A DNA stretch of 64,000 bases from Camelus ferus (lineage: Eukaryota). A program made the translations under genes and the position numbers. Where the stretch lies: NCBI RefSeq assembly GCF_009834535.1, contig NC_045697.1, positions 103,666,001 to 103,730,000 of the forward strand, given 5' to 3'. Under the pieces are notes generated by a model. That model was not told the DNA's origin. It saw only the letters and a program-made list of their open reading frames with translations, and did not search any database. Of the stretch, positions 38,985 through 50,760 are shown piece after piece (position 1 is the stretch's first letter; every line of letters starts with the position of its first letter).

Positions 38985-39190
38985 ATTCTACTGGAACTGA
39001 GTTTGAATCTGGCTTGTCCATTTTCTGTTTTGAGATTTTGGCCAAATTATTTAATATCTCTTTGAACCCTATACAAAAAGGAGACAGTATCAGTTACTTC
39101 ACAGAAGTATAGTAGAGATTATATGAGGTAATGCATACAAGGGACCTAGGACAGTGCCTATCACATAAGAGGAGCCTAATAAATGTTTTT
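38985..39190 (+). mobile_element. MIR SINE
   Basis: ctgagtttgaatctggc...tgaggtaatgcatacaa...acagtgcctatcacataag. Confidence 0.7.
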
Positions 39191-39574
39191 CCCTTCCATC
39201 TTATAGCACAGGTACTCCAGGTGTAGCTATTCTGGAAAGTAAGTGTACTCATTCATATTCCTAAAGAAACTAAATTTGTTTCAATACATGAAATCATTTT
39301 AACACAGTATTTAACAAATATTATGATTTCTACTTCTCAGAAGATGCAAGACATTTAAAAAGAATGTCTTGGATGTTGGAAAATAGTTTACCATCATGTC
39401 TAGAAACACAGACACATGGAGAGAAACCATCTGCTTCTAATGTTGTTAAATTATTTCAGAAACAAACAGTAGGGCTGGAAAGGAGCTTGACAATGAAAGA
39501 GTGATCTTAGGAAAAGCATTTTAGTTTCAATTTATAAGAACAGGGTCTCTGAATACCTGGAGGAATGCTCTCAC

Positions 39575-39980
39575 CTTATGGTCTTTGCATTAAGACTGTT
39601 CCCTTTGCCTGGAATGTTCTTTTCCCAATATCTTCGTGACCAACTCCCACGATAGCCCTCAAGTTTTCCCTCTCCCTAAATGATGCCAACTTGATCACCC
39701 CAATTAAACCACAACCTCCCCCTCCACCCCAGCTCTTCTGGCTTCCTTTAACCTATCATCTCTTCTTCTTTCTGTTTTTCCTTAGCTCTTACCTCTTTTT
39801 CAAAAACTGTATAATTTACCTATTTGTTTATTTTTAATTGTCTTTCTCTTCCCAATAGGCTGTAAACTCCATGAAGGCAGAAACCTAAGCTTATTTTATT
39901 AATAAATTATTGTCATGCCAAGGACCTAGAATAGTGCCCAGCACAAAGTAGGCATGAAATGAATGTCTGCTGAATAATAA
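39575..39980 (+). mobile_element. L2 3' region
   Basis: ggtctttgcattaagactgttccctttgcctggaatgttctt...tgtaaactccatgaaggcag...cctagaatagtgcccagcacaaagtagg. Confidence 0.85.
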
Positions 39981-42749
39981 AAGATTGAAAAGCTGCCAAC
40001 AAAATTCAAAACTCATAGGTGTATGTGCCAGAATCCCAAGTAAGCGTGTGACTAATATAACACCAAGTCATCAAAACTGAATTTTAAAGAAAGGATAGGG
40101 GAAGGGGTTGTTGAAACCAAAAATCCCTGTTCACGAGTACCAATCAGTGCTCTGTTCTTAAAGCATCTGTGCCAGGACTAGTGGAAAACAGGACACAGAA
40201 CGTGTTTTAGGGGTGAAAAAACCAGCTTTGGAAGCAGAACTTTGGGAGGCATGATCAAATGATGAAAACGAAGATTAGGATTTGAGTCTGCCATTTTGCT
40301 TTTAAGTCTGAAGGGATGCTTTCTTATGCCAAAGAAGGGCAAGGAATGCACTTTTTTTATCAACAGTTTATCAGAGATACTACCTGTCTAGCCATAGAGA
40401 AGATTGTAATAACATATCTGCCCAGAATGTCTTTAGTGTTCCCCCTTTACTTTCTCTCTCTTTCTCCCCCCCTCCCTCTTTCTCTTCCTCCCTTTTCCCC
40501 TATGTCCCTCTCTCTTTGTTTCTCAAAACATCAGAGAATGATGAAAATATTCTGGTCTTCGATAAAAACATAATTCACAATCCAGCTCTGCTTTCCTAAT
40601 CCACAGAAAACTGTGACTCACAGAGATAACCCATCTTTCTTTTGACTGAACCACAGCTGCCTTGAAGGGCACCATCAAGCAAGATTACCAGGGCACCAAG
40701 GACAGCCGAGGCTGGAACGACTTCATGAATTTCCAGGGAAGAAATCAAATTACATCGTAAGGCTCTACCCACATTATAGAGAACACGAGAAAAGGAAAGG
40801 TGTCGGAGTAATTCCATCTTGCATAGATTTCAGGATCTGTCTGTTTTCTAGCCTAAAGATTTCTAGGAGATAAGAGTAAAATAAATGGGGTTTAGGCAAC
40901 TCTAGAGAATACAGATTAAGACAGAGAAAATGCCAAACCAAATAAGCCTGAAGTCATTTAACAAAGCAGTGCCTGTTGACTGATTTATATTTGGCTTTGT
41001 AATGGGACTGCCCACAGAGTCCACTGTGCCCAACTTCCTGCACTTCACATTTTAGCTCCATCCTTGGCAACTAAAAGCCCAATGGGAAGGCTGATGATAG
41101 AAGATCAGATAATCTGCAAAGCAGATAATCTGCTTCTCACAATTGAGTATTAGAACGGCCTGGTAGGCCACCTGAGCCCCCATAATATACCCTTTCCAGG
41201 CCCACAGGCAGAGCCTCTTAGGTTATTGACCTGAGCCCAGAGGCATCGTAGAGGCTCACAATTAAAAGGCTTTGACCCAACTTCTGACCTCAATGTCCGC
41301 TTCCTGTGGAGAGAGTCTGAACTGGCCTAACAGAATTGCAGACTTAGGAATGCTGCCCAAATGACTTTCATTCTGCCTTCTAGTTCACAGAACCATTAGG
41401 ATCCTATTTGTTCAAATACATGCTAGCCCATCAGCTCAGAACAGTTCCTGTTAGTCTTTGTTACAGAGGGCTTCGGTCTTCTCAACAATTACTTATCCTT
41501 TACTCCTATCAAAAGAGACAGTCTTTCCTTTAACACATGTAAGATGTATTTGCAACTTCAGCTCTATGCTTAATCAATCAATACCACATCTTTTATTGAT
41601 GCAGATTTATCAGAAGCCTCGGCAAGATCACTAGTACAAACAGGTCTTTGAGAAACAAGACCTCCAATAAAAAAGTTCCTGATTACCTTAATATCGAAAT
41701 TGCTGTTGCTGGTGGAATAAATGTGTATTCAAAACTAGGATAGCTGGTCCAAAATAAAACAAATATTTTGTCTCCTTTAACTGCCTGTGAAATTGCCTGA
41801 ATAACTAAAAAAGATCAGAAAAGTGAGAAATAAGCTTCTTCAGAGATGAAAATCGCGATCTCAAGAACCTCTCAGGCAGAAGAAAAACTTGTAAATAGAC
41901 AACGTTGATAACTAACAATTAAGTACTTTGTTCTGAATCACTGTATTCTTTCTGTTTTTAATTCTCTCCAAAGAAACATGACAATAAGAGATGGCACTCT
42001 TTCACTGCGTATTTCTAGACCATCCCACCATTTGAGTACTGAATCGGACATATTACTCCTAGCTGAGAGATGTACACTTCCTGACAGCTGGAAGAACGAC
42101 CTCGGCTCTTGTCAGATTATCCAGTTCAGAGTTCATTCAGGGATTCATACTACGCAAATATCTGCTCGTCAAAGAACTATCTACGTGTGTATATCGTTTA
42201 CGGTGTGTGTGTACAAGAAAAGGAGGGAGTAAGCAAAAGAGAGCTAACCTCCTCTGTTTTACAAAGCAGTTGGAGCAAAATTTGATATCCACTGGGAAGA
42301 AAACTAGCCAAAGGATGTAAGTTTCAGATACAAGTATATAGTCAAACAAAATTTTACCAAAGCTTGGTGTAGTCTGTTAGTTATAATTTCTCCAGGTCAA
42401 TTTACAGTCCTATCAAAAGCAGGCAAACAAAATCAACAACAATAATAAAAACCAGAAAAAAAAGATCCCCAGATCGTTTGGGCATACGTGAATTTTCAGA
42501 CGACTCACATAGGATGTCTGAGTTAACCATGTATATTCACTTACCAAGTAAAAATGTGGTAGCGGGTTTGTGGTATTATGTTAGCCGTACTTGCCAAAGG
42601 ATGATTATGTAATTTCTGAGTAAGCAGAGAGTTTTGCTCTATAAAAGTTACCTGCCTTAATGTGCATACCACTATATTCAGGTTAAGTGTTGTATTTTTT
42701 TTCAAACCAGACAGCTTCTGCTGGCACTTACTTTTCGTTTTCAAGCAAT

Positions 42750-42860
42750 CCAATTCACAGCATATACTTAGTTGCAATTCAACAAATTTTTTTGACCACC
42801 TACTGTATACAGGGCACTATATCAGGTATTACTAAAGGATACAAAGATGAATTGCATCGC
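42750..42860 (-). mobile_element. L2 3' end
   Basis: attcaacaaatttttttgaccacctactgtatacagggcactat...ggatacaaagatgaat. Confidence 0.7.
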
Positions 42861-43265
42861 AATTCAGAGTATAAGAAATGTGACAGTCTTTTAAAAACTA
42901 ACCCATTTGATTCTTATTTATAATTATTGTACCACTACACAGAAATATGTGAAGTGGCACCTTTATATTATTATATCATCCTTTTTTTTCTACTTTCCCT
43001 TTTTTTTAAAAAACATTTTAACACTCTCTTTAGGGACTAAAGTAATCACTATACTCACAAAAGCATGTAATTAGCTAGTACATTGTTCATCTCAATTCCC
43101 AGAATTTCAAAAACTAGATAAATTAGACTAAATAGATATAGATCTACACATTTATTAAACTTACACAGTTCCAGAATCCCTAAGGTGTGAAGAAATGCTG
43201 GCCTTTGTTTTGGAGAACTTTTCCATTTACATCAAATCACTCATTTATAATTGGAATTTTATCAG

Positions 43266-43405
43266 CAGGGACAGATCCAGGTTTTGTGGGACCTGAGGCC
43301 TATACAATTTGGGGGCCCCTTTTTAAGAAAGGAATGCAAAATTAGTTCCAGGGCAAGGGGCCCTAAAGTTGAAGCTTCATTAGCTTCTGAGCAAATCTGT
43401 CTCTG
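43266..43405 (-). mobile_element. MER96-like hAT MITE
   Basis: cagggacagatccaggttttgtgggacctgaggcctatacaatttggggg...gaagcttcattagcttc...aaatctgtctctg; TIR-like ends. Confidence 0.75.
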
Positions 43406-44529
43406 GTTTTCAGCCATCAGTAACGAGCTTTTATTAATGACATGATGTAAAACAGAGCAACAAGTAGCTGAAACTTAAGTTGGGGCGGAAACATATTTCT
43501 CTGAAATTTAATTAGAGGAGCTATGTGGACTTTTGTGAAAATGAGCTCCTAAGGCACCCCCTTTCCTCCCCCCACTGCCGCCCGCAACCCACCCTGACAT
43601 TACCATGCACAGCAACACGAGGAGGCTCAAGGTTAATCACTCATTTCCCCTTTCAATCTGTCTCAATTACTGTTATGGGATGCTGCAATTAGTCATTCTC
43701 ATTCTCTCCAGGGATAGGGAGAGATTGCAGATAAGTCATCCCAAATAGACTTCACAATTTGAATCCCTCTACCCCGAGAAAGAAAAATCTTCACTGGAGA
43801 CAAGCGAGATTTGCTATCATCCGTCTGTGCTCCGTCAGTGCCACTCTCACCAGACAAAGAGAAGCCCGAAGTCCTTCCGGCATGCCGGGCCTTCTCTTCC
43901 CTTTCCCCAAAGGAGCAAGTTCTGTTTCTACCACACATTCAGTCCAAGACAGCCGTAGGCAACTGTTCTTAAAACTACCCTTGGAAGGCCCTTTCCAGAA
44001 GCTAGCCCTAGAGACAGACAACCACGTTATCAATCACCTCGACAGCAGTTACACCTTTTTCTGTGTCTGCTCTCCACCTGTCATAAGAAGACTGCTTAGC
44101 CCTGGAGTCAACAATCTGCAAAACGAGATATGCAATAACTCTTTAAGAAGCATGTATAGTATCAATAGTTCACAGAAGACTACATAGAAAATAATGATTT
44201 CTAAACTCGGAGTGATGCCTCCTATCATTAGAGAAGGCATTTGATCTCCCTAAACTCAGGGGACAAGAAAAAATTCTAAACCAACAAAAGGCTTTGTTAT
44301 AAAGGTTGCTTTTTCTCCCTGCAAAAAAACCCTAAGTACTTTGGGTTCTGTTATCATGACATGGAGATTACACATATCATGGAACTACAGCAATGGTATA
44401 AAATGACACCTCTGAATGGATAAAGATTTCTAGCTCTGCTGGCATTTTGGTAATTGTTTATTTTTCTGTAGAAGGACTACATTTGCTCAAGGACTCTGTA
44501 AAGTGGTCTATTTCTGATCAGGCTTTTCT

Positions 44530-44740
44530 TCTTTTGTGCTCTCACCAGATTTACACTATCACAGCACTTACATCATGCTGCAATTACTTTTTCTCATGAC
44601 GGTTACACCCATAGACTATAAACTCCTGAGACTGCGGTGCAGGGGAAGCACTGGGGCTGTTTTCATTTCTGTCTCCTTAATGATGAGTAGAGAATGCTGA
44701 CACATAGTAGGCACTCAAATGAGCAGATTTAGTGAAGGAG
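44530..44740 (+). mobile_element. L2 3' end
   Basis: atcacagcacttacatca...tagactataaactcctgag...agaatgctgacacatagtaggcactcaaa. Confidence 0.8.
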
Positions 44741-45554
44741 AATCATGGAGTGGATACTATTAAATGGTGAGATTCAGGTATTTTAAAAATTGACATGGAA
44801 TTGTGCTCCTTAAGTAAATGTGAATGGCAGGGAAGCACCATGGCAACAGGAATCAACATGGAATCAACATGGCATTTTGAAAAACAAATAATGAAGCTAC
44901 TCTATAAAGAGCTGGCACCAAAGATGTTCTTCATGGAACCAAGCCATGCTAAGCATGGTGTGACTTTTTAACACACAGTAACTTCTCTTCCTAGAAAAAC
45001 CTTTCAAAACCTAGAGATTAAAAATATTCCAGATGCATTTAAAATTACATCATTTATATCAAATTTCCTGTAAGATTGACACCTTAAGTCCTGACTTGCC
45101 TTTTCATAACATTCATATTTTTGCACATGAGAAAAATACAAAACTCAGTCGACTTACAAAGCTCTTTTCTAATATGAGCTCAGGATATTTCAAGACAGAA
45201 TTACATCAGTCTTGATGGGATGGAAAGAGGAGGCTTAAATCTAATCAATATCAGTGACACTTCCCTTGATATCTTCTAACCTCTTCTTGGTACCACCTCC
45301 TCTTCGCATGGCTCCATTTCCTTTCTGCAAGCAGGCCTCAGAAACAATTCAATGTTCAGTTTGTCTCCTTATGTAGTTTGTGTTCTTCTCTCTCATCACA
45401 CAATTTGAGTTTTTTTATTACATTAGTGACCACTGTAGATTGTGCTTATAATCATGACTTCAGAATGAGGTGGTAAACATGTAGACATGATTAGCTGGCT
45501 CAGGCTGATTCTAGGAGACTAAGTGATTCTATAATAATATTATTTTACATAATA

Positions 45555-46050
45555 TTTACATAATTATTATTTTGATCCAGGTACTGCTCCAAGTGCTTTG
45601 CATATTAAAAAAAAAAAAAAAAACCTGTTTCTTTCAATTCCCTTATAAGATAGGTTCCAGTATTTCCCCTTTTATAGTTGAGACATCTGAAGCTCAGGCT
45701 AACAACTAACTGTTAGTCTCACTGAGATTCAGTCTCAGTCTGATTCCAGAATCTGCTTTCAACAAATAATGATGATCACACTGATGATAACAGAAAAGTA
45801 ATAATAATAATTGTAGCTAATACTTAGGTGCACTTAAGGTGCCAGGCATGTTCTAGGTATTGATACGTATTTATTCACACATTTAGGAATCAACACTAGA
45901 CTGGAAGTTAAAAAGACCAGGATTCTGGTCCAAATCCTGGTGTTGATTAACTCCAAAATTTTGAGGAAGTCACTTCAACCACTCTGGGTCTGATTTTCCA
46001 CAGATATACATCAAAGGTATTGTACAGATGATCTCTGAGGTCTACCATCA
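45555..46050. mobile_element. cluster of MIR fragments, both orientations
   Basis: ttttatagttgagacatctgaagctcag; agctaatacttaggtgcacttaaggtgccaggc; ttgaggaagtcacttcaaccactctggg. Confidence 0.65.
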
Positions 46051-46267
46051 TATTTATAGTTGGCCCACTCAGAACAGGACAATAGAAGAGCCCTTGAGGT
46101 GAGGGGCAGAGGGGAAGAGGCAGGGGTACTAGAATGAAATTATATTCATGTTCTCAAAAGAGTTGTATGCTGAGTCAAACAATATCAATGATTGAAGACC
46201 GGTAAAGATCTCACATGGTGCCCCCAAATGGTGGATTAACACAGAGAGCAAAATTAAATTTGGTAAT

Positions 46268-46637
46268 TGTTATGACTGAAGTGTGTTCTCCTCACCCAAA
46301 CTTCGTATGTTGAGGCTCGAACTCCCACTGAGACAGTATTTGGTGATAGGGTCTTTAGGAGGTAATTAAGATTAAATGAGGCCAGAGGAGTAGGGCCTTA
46401 CTCAATAGAGCTGGTGCCTTACAACAAGAGGAGGAAAGACCAGAGATCTCAACATCTCTCTCTCCACCACAGGGACACAGCAAGAAGGTGGCCATATACA
46501 AGCAAGAAATAGATCCTTCGCCAGGAACTGAATCAGCACCTTCATCTGAGACTTCCTAGCCACTGTGGGAAATAAATTTATGTTGTTTAAGCAGCCCAGT
46601 CTACGGTATTTTGTTAATTGCAGCCTGTGCACGCTAA
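46268..46637 (+). mobile_element. MLT1A-like ERVL-MaLR solo LTR
   Basis: tgttatgactgaa...ggtctttaggaggtaattaagattaaatgagg...gaaataaatttatgttgtttaagcagcccagtctacggtattttgtta; 5-bp TSD gtaat at 46263-46267 and 46638-46642. Confidence 0.9.
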
Positions 46638-46649
46638 GTAATTAAAAAA

Positions 46650-47870
46650 AAATTCCTAGATGCTATAAAGGAAAAGACTGCTAAATTTAACAGCACGTTA
46701 AACAAACAACAACTTTATACTAAAAAATATATAGTCCAAAGATAAAATAGAAACATATTTGCCACACATGTAACAGCCATAGATTATTATTATGTGAATA
46801 GCTTATGAAATCAATGTAAATGATTAATGGTAAAACTGGTAAAAAGATATGAACACTTTTGTATCTTTGATGCCTAGCACTGTTCCTTGAGAGAAACTGA
46901 TGGTAAAGAAACTAATGATGAATTGAACTAAATACATAAGCTATGTAATTTTATTATTACTTTTGTAAGTTTTTTTAAAGCACATATAGATATATGAGTG
47001 TGTGTATATACAGATATATGAGTATATATATATATATGGTGATTTAGACAATAGGTTAACTTTACCGATTACAGAATTTTATAGAAATATAAAATCAGAA
47101 TGTTGTATTAAAAAAGAAAAAGGTATGTAAAAGCCAGTGAGCATTTTAAAAACTGCTCAACCTCACTTGTAATTGACAATAAATAAGCAATGCCATAATA
47201 AATAATTGATAAATACACATCTAAACAAGATAATGTTTTCTTAATGAATTTATGGGTTGGTAATATCCACTGTGGGTGAGGATGTGGGGAAAACTCTCAA
47301 GTTGTTGAAAGGAGGATAAAATGGTAGAGCTTCTTAAGAGGGAAATGATCAAAATTTAAAATATAAATACTTTTTGGGCCAGCAATTCTACTTCTAGGAA
47401 TTGTTGCTACTAATAGTGTCCAAAACCAACCAGCCAACCAATGAAACATCAAGATAAATGCACACGAATGTTCATGACCAGTTATTTGTAACAGTAAGCA
47501 ACTAAAAGCAACTTTAGATGTTCATTCATGGGGAATTAGTTAAACCCACTATGATATATTTTCTCAATGGACTCTTAAGCAGATGTTTAACAGAACAAAG
47601 GAAGACTGTTTTGAGTTAAGGAGGGAAAAAAAGAAAGCAAGCCCCCTAGTTTTATACGATATAGTCCCATTTGTGTGAGGTTTGGAAGTACACACATATG
47701 CATGTGTGTGCACGCACAGATATTATACTGGCATCGTCATAAATATTTTTCTGGTAGAAAGCATGAGAAACATAATATGCCTATCCATAAGGAGAGGTTG
47801 AGGAAGGATACTTTCATTCACCGTTAAATTTTGCGTGTGTGCCTGTAATATATACTTAAGAATATAATTC
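46650..47870 (+). mobile_element. ancient L1ME-like fragments
   Basis: ggtgaggatgtgggg...ccagcaattctacttctaggaatt...aatgttcatgaccagttatttgtaacag. Confidence 0.7.
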
Positions 47871-48319
47871 TTGAAAACAGAACATTTCTATCACAAGTCT
47901 TTAAACTAGGGGATTATCTTGAATCATTTCTAAGGATCAACCACCCTTCCTGGAAAGACTCCCTTAGCATGTTCAGCAATCAGGATGGTAAACAACTCAA
48001 TTAAGCTAACGTTTCTTCCTTTCCTTAGCAATTTCTCTTTTACAAACCAACACCACCTTGAGTTTTCCCTGAGCTCTTGCCTCCTCCTCGGTTCCTCAAA
48101 TGCAATCAGTGACCAAGTCCTGTTGATTCTCTTCCATTCCCTTGCTGCTACCCCGGTTCAAGGATTCATTCATTATCTTTCCCTGGACAACGGTAGTAGC
48201 AGAAGGCGATGCCGTTTCTGAATTCTGTCAGGTGGTGGGTACCTGGCGTGCTCTGCTCTTTAATCACAGGAGGTTGGTGTTAACATCTCTTTTTTTCAGA
48301 CACACCCCATACGACTACA

Positions 48320-48760
48320 CTTGAAAAGAAGTGTAATCGGGTGGGTGAAAAGTAACAGCTCATTGTTTTGAATTAAATTTCTCTAACTCCTAAAGAGATT
48401 AAACATAGTTCCATTCATTTAATAGCCATTCCTATAATCTCCTGTGGCATTTCCTGCCAAGTTTTGCCCATTTTTTTAAATTAGGTAGTTTGTTCCTTGT
48501 TTATTGATTATAAGAGTTTCTGATGTATTTTTATCTTTCCCCTCAAGTTTTGAAATAAAATTTCAAGCCTCCAGAAAAGTTTCCAAGAATAGTACAATGA
48601 ACCTTCATATACCCTTCACTTCTATTCACCAACTACAAAAATCATTAATACTTCACCACCACTCACTCAAACCTCCACCCCCAAATCCTCTCTTTCTTAC
48701 TTGCAGACTTTGAGGCACTGTGACACTTCTCATCTAAATACTACAGTGTGTATTTTGTGC
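48320..48760 (-). mobile_element. old L1M/L1MC fragments
   Basis: gctcattgttttgaattaaatttctctaact; ttttgaaataaaatttcaagcctccagaaaagtttccaagaatagtacaatgaac. Confidence 0.6.
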
Positions 48761-48769
48761 CTATTAATA

Positions 48770-49165
48770 CCTTCTGCTATCCTGACCCTTCAGAGATCCC
48801 TTCTCAAGCATAATGAATTCTCACCACTTCCTATATCACACATTTATTGTTTCCTTTCCTTGGAACGTCCACATCTATTCACCCTGCAAGTCCCAACTCG
48901 GATGTTCCGTAAGCCAGGAAGCCTTCCCTTCTCAACTTCCCTTCTGTTGCCTGTGCCACTTCCATACAACTTATCGCTTTCTTCTTGGTACCACAGTTAT
49001 TTATGTATATGTCTCACATCCCCAAATAGTCCATGAGCACTTGAGGACAAGAAGTGTGTCCAACAGCAATTTGCATTTTCACAGAGCTTAGCATATAGCT
49101 CCTTGCAGACAGGAGACACTCAACAAACTTCTCCCAAATCAACCAGCAAAATCACTGAATAAATG
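48770..49165 (+). mobile_element. L2 3' region
   Basis: ccaggaagccttccc...catgagcacttgaggacaag...acactcaacaaac. Confidence 0.6.
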
Positions 49166-49234
49166 TGAGGGATCAGACGGAGATCTGATTTTCTACAAAT
49201 CGTAACTTTAGTAGGGATAAAATTGATGATAAAA

Positions 49235-49410
49235 CAATAGCTCTTTCTTTTTCAAGATGAGGTACTTTACATACACTGTGGTGTTCAGTCCTCACATCGG
49301 CTTTATGAGGTAGACATTATTACCATATTACAAGAGGAAACGGAAGTGTAGAAAGATGGAGTAGCATGTCCAAGGTCACACACAGGTGAGGTGATGGCTC
49401 AGGATTTTTG
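49235..49410 (-). mobile_element. MIR SINE
   Basis: cctcacatcggctttatgaggtagacattattaccatattacaagaggaaacgg...gtccaaggtcacac. Confidence 0.75.
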
Positions 49411-50172
49411 TCTCATTCGTCTGTATTGTTTTTATTGCTCGCCTGACTTGTCATATGTGTTCAATAAATGTTTGAAAAATGACTTGTTTAAAATGGGGTG
49501 TTTCTTTGGGCCTGGTTGGGCTTTTATGAATGCAATGGCTAATGTGATTTAGCCAGAAAAACCCAAACAGATCGTTAAAGAAAAGTTGATGCTTTCTGTT
49601 ATACACAAAAAGTGACATAATGATCTCTGGGACTCTATAAATTGGTTTGGCTTTTAACTTTTTGATTTATCATGAACAGTAGCAATATTTAGAGAGGCAC
49701 ATGCTTGAAACGTGCAAAATTAAGGGGCTTTTTCTTTGGGGGGTTCTGGTGATAAGCTAAGTAATTTTAGCTCTGCTTTTATAATTGGCAATTCCACTCA
49801 TAAGTCCCTCAGATGGGAATCTGTGATTTCTCTATGAAACATTTTACATTACCTTGGAAAATGCTCAGGCAACGAGTCCAATGTCAGGGCCCTTCGGTAC
49901 CAACGAGGGGACCTGGTGCCTCTCTCTCACAGGTCTGAGAGTCAGTGGGCCAAGAACAACCTTTCCGGCTGACCGGGGCTGTGAACCCTCAAACAACTGG
50001 GCTATAATTTTGACTTCTTCTAGTCTGATGCCAAAGTAACTGACAGGCTTTGTTCTTTAAGTGAAAAAGAGGGAAAAAGTTAGTGCATAGAACAGCTGGT
50101 ATCAAATTTTGTTTCCCTGAATTATACAGATGCTCTTCCAAACTACCGCTACGTTTTAGAATATATACTCTT

Positions 50173-50339
50173 TTTTAAAATTGAAGTATAGTAGATTTAC
50201 AATGTTTCAAGTATACAGCCAAGTGATTCAACTATACATATATGTGTATATATATATATAAATCTATGCTTTTTCAGATTCTTTTCTATTATAAGTTATT
50301 ACAAGATATTGAATATAGTTCCCTGTGCTCTACAGTTTT
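50173..50339 (-). mobile_element. young L1 3' end
   Basis: aattgaagtatagtagatttacaatg...gatattgaatatagttccctgtgct; TSD gaatatatactctt at 50159-50172 and 50340-50353. Confidence 0.92.
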
Positions 50340-50529
50340 GAATATATACTCTTAACAAGCTTTGTTAACTCTTTTAAAAACAGTAGGTGACGCCAAGACA
50401 AGTAGGAGACCAACACCTCCAGGGAGAACTTCCATCTCCTTGGTCTGGTCTCAATGCCTTCACGGCCGAGGTCAGGGGATTGCCTTCTAATATAGCGGCA
50501 GGGGGCAGGGAGTGGGAAAGTGAATGGCT

Positions 50530-50760
50530 GTTGTATGGATATAAATTCCAGATCTGGAATTAGGAAGCCTGGTGGGGTGGCCTCCTGGCTCTGAGACCCT
50601 GGGCAAAGCACTCACCTAGCTTTTATAACCCTCAGAGTCCTCAGCTGTAAAATGCAGACAACCACTCCTCCCTGGGGCAGCTGTTAGGATGTGCGATTGT
50701 GGATGTGAAAGCACTTAGCACAGTTGCCTAGCTTAAGAGATGCTCAATAAATGTTAGTGG
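50530..50760 (+). mobile_element. MIR SINE
   Basis: cctcagagtcctcagctgtaaaatg...gtgaaagcacttagcacag...gctcaataaatgttag. Confidence 0.8.

Noticed and set aside
41106..41133. Duplicated cagataatctgc (double GATA)
   Set aside because: Consistent with a simple short tandem duplication, like those at 12341-12367 and 44849-44872; no independent support
43759..44187. 142-aa ORF (also 51656-52117 and 5521-5943)
   Set aside because: Non-ATG starts, no domain resemblance and no coding-like composition; expected by chance
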